From Candidatus Heimdallarchaeota archaeon (GTDB taxonomy: Archaea > Asgardarchaeota > Heimdallarchaeia > Hodarchaeales > Hodarchaeaceae), in contig DXJL01000053.1 of the NCBI GenBank assembly GCA_019057635.1, forward strand, positions 1 to 17,582: a DNA stretch of 17,582 nt, written 5' to 3'. Below the pieces are notes generated by a model. The model was not told the origin of the DNA. It ran no database searches and saw only the letters and a list, made by a program, of their open reading frames with translations. This document shows, in pieces, positions 17,513 through 17,582 of this stretch (its first letter is position 1; each line of letters starts with the position of its first letter). Made by a program: the position numbers and the translations under genes.

Positions 17513-17582
17513 ATGGAAATTAAAAACACTAATAATGATAAAAATTTAATTATTGGAATAGTTGGAACCATTGCATTCGCAA
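17513..17582 (+). CDS. 5' end of a probable membrane or secreted protein, truncated by the window edge
   Basis: AGGAGA upstream; MEIKNTNNDKNLIIGIVGTIAFA... runs open to the end of the window. Confidence 0.5.
   Translation, partial: MEIKNTNNDKNLIIGIVGTIAFA

Noticed and set aside
1-17582. CRISPR arrays, tRNA/rRNA genes, transposases or integrases
   Set aside because: No regularly spaced repeats, GC-rich structured RNA segments or recombinase motifs were seen on reading.

Overview
AT-rich, archaeal-style window (GGTGA/GGAGG ribosome-binding sites, a TrmB regulator, an archaeal CTERM-type sorting-signal remnant). An Asgard/Heimdallarchaeia-like origin is plausible but is inference only. The left two-thirds hold metabolic and transport genes: a 5'-truncated FAD/Fe-S oxidoreductase, a SnoaL-like protein, a SAM methyltransferase, a NadE paralogue lacking its catalytic PP-loop, an ArsB/NhaD/SLC13 permease with a tandem USP-like protein, an ABM-like protein, an EFR1-type flavodoxin-ferredoxin and TrmB. 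The most unusual part is 11423-17110, a candidate nucleotidylation-based signalling module. It has (i) a ~934-aa protein fusing a GlnD/DUF294-type nucleotidyltransferase, a calcineurin-like metallophosphoesterase and a CBS region; (ii) a coupled 658-aa protein with an ATC-hydrolase/V4R-like Cys domain, an internal copy of the neighbouring small protein and HEAT-like repeats; (iii) a divergent 118-aa protein; and (iv) a pseudogenised second copy of that small protein downstream. Several intergenic gaps hold gene remnants missed by the ORF track: a P-loop/small-GTPase-like fragment, a SEC-C microprotein, a CTERM anchor and a MeaB fragment. All domain calls come from reading motifs by eye; no database search was run.
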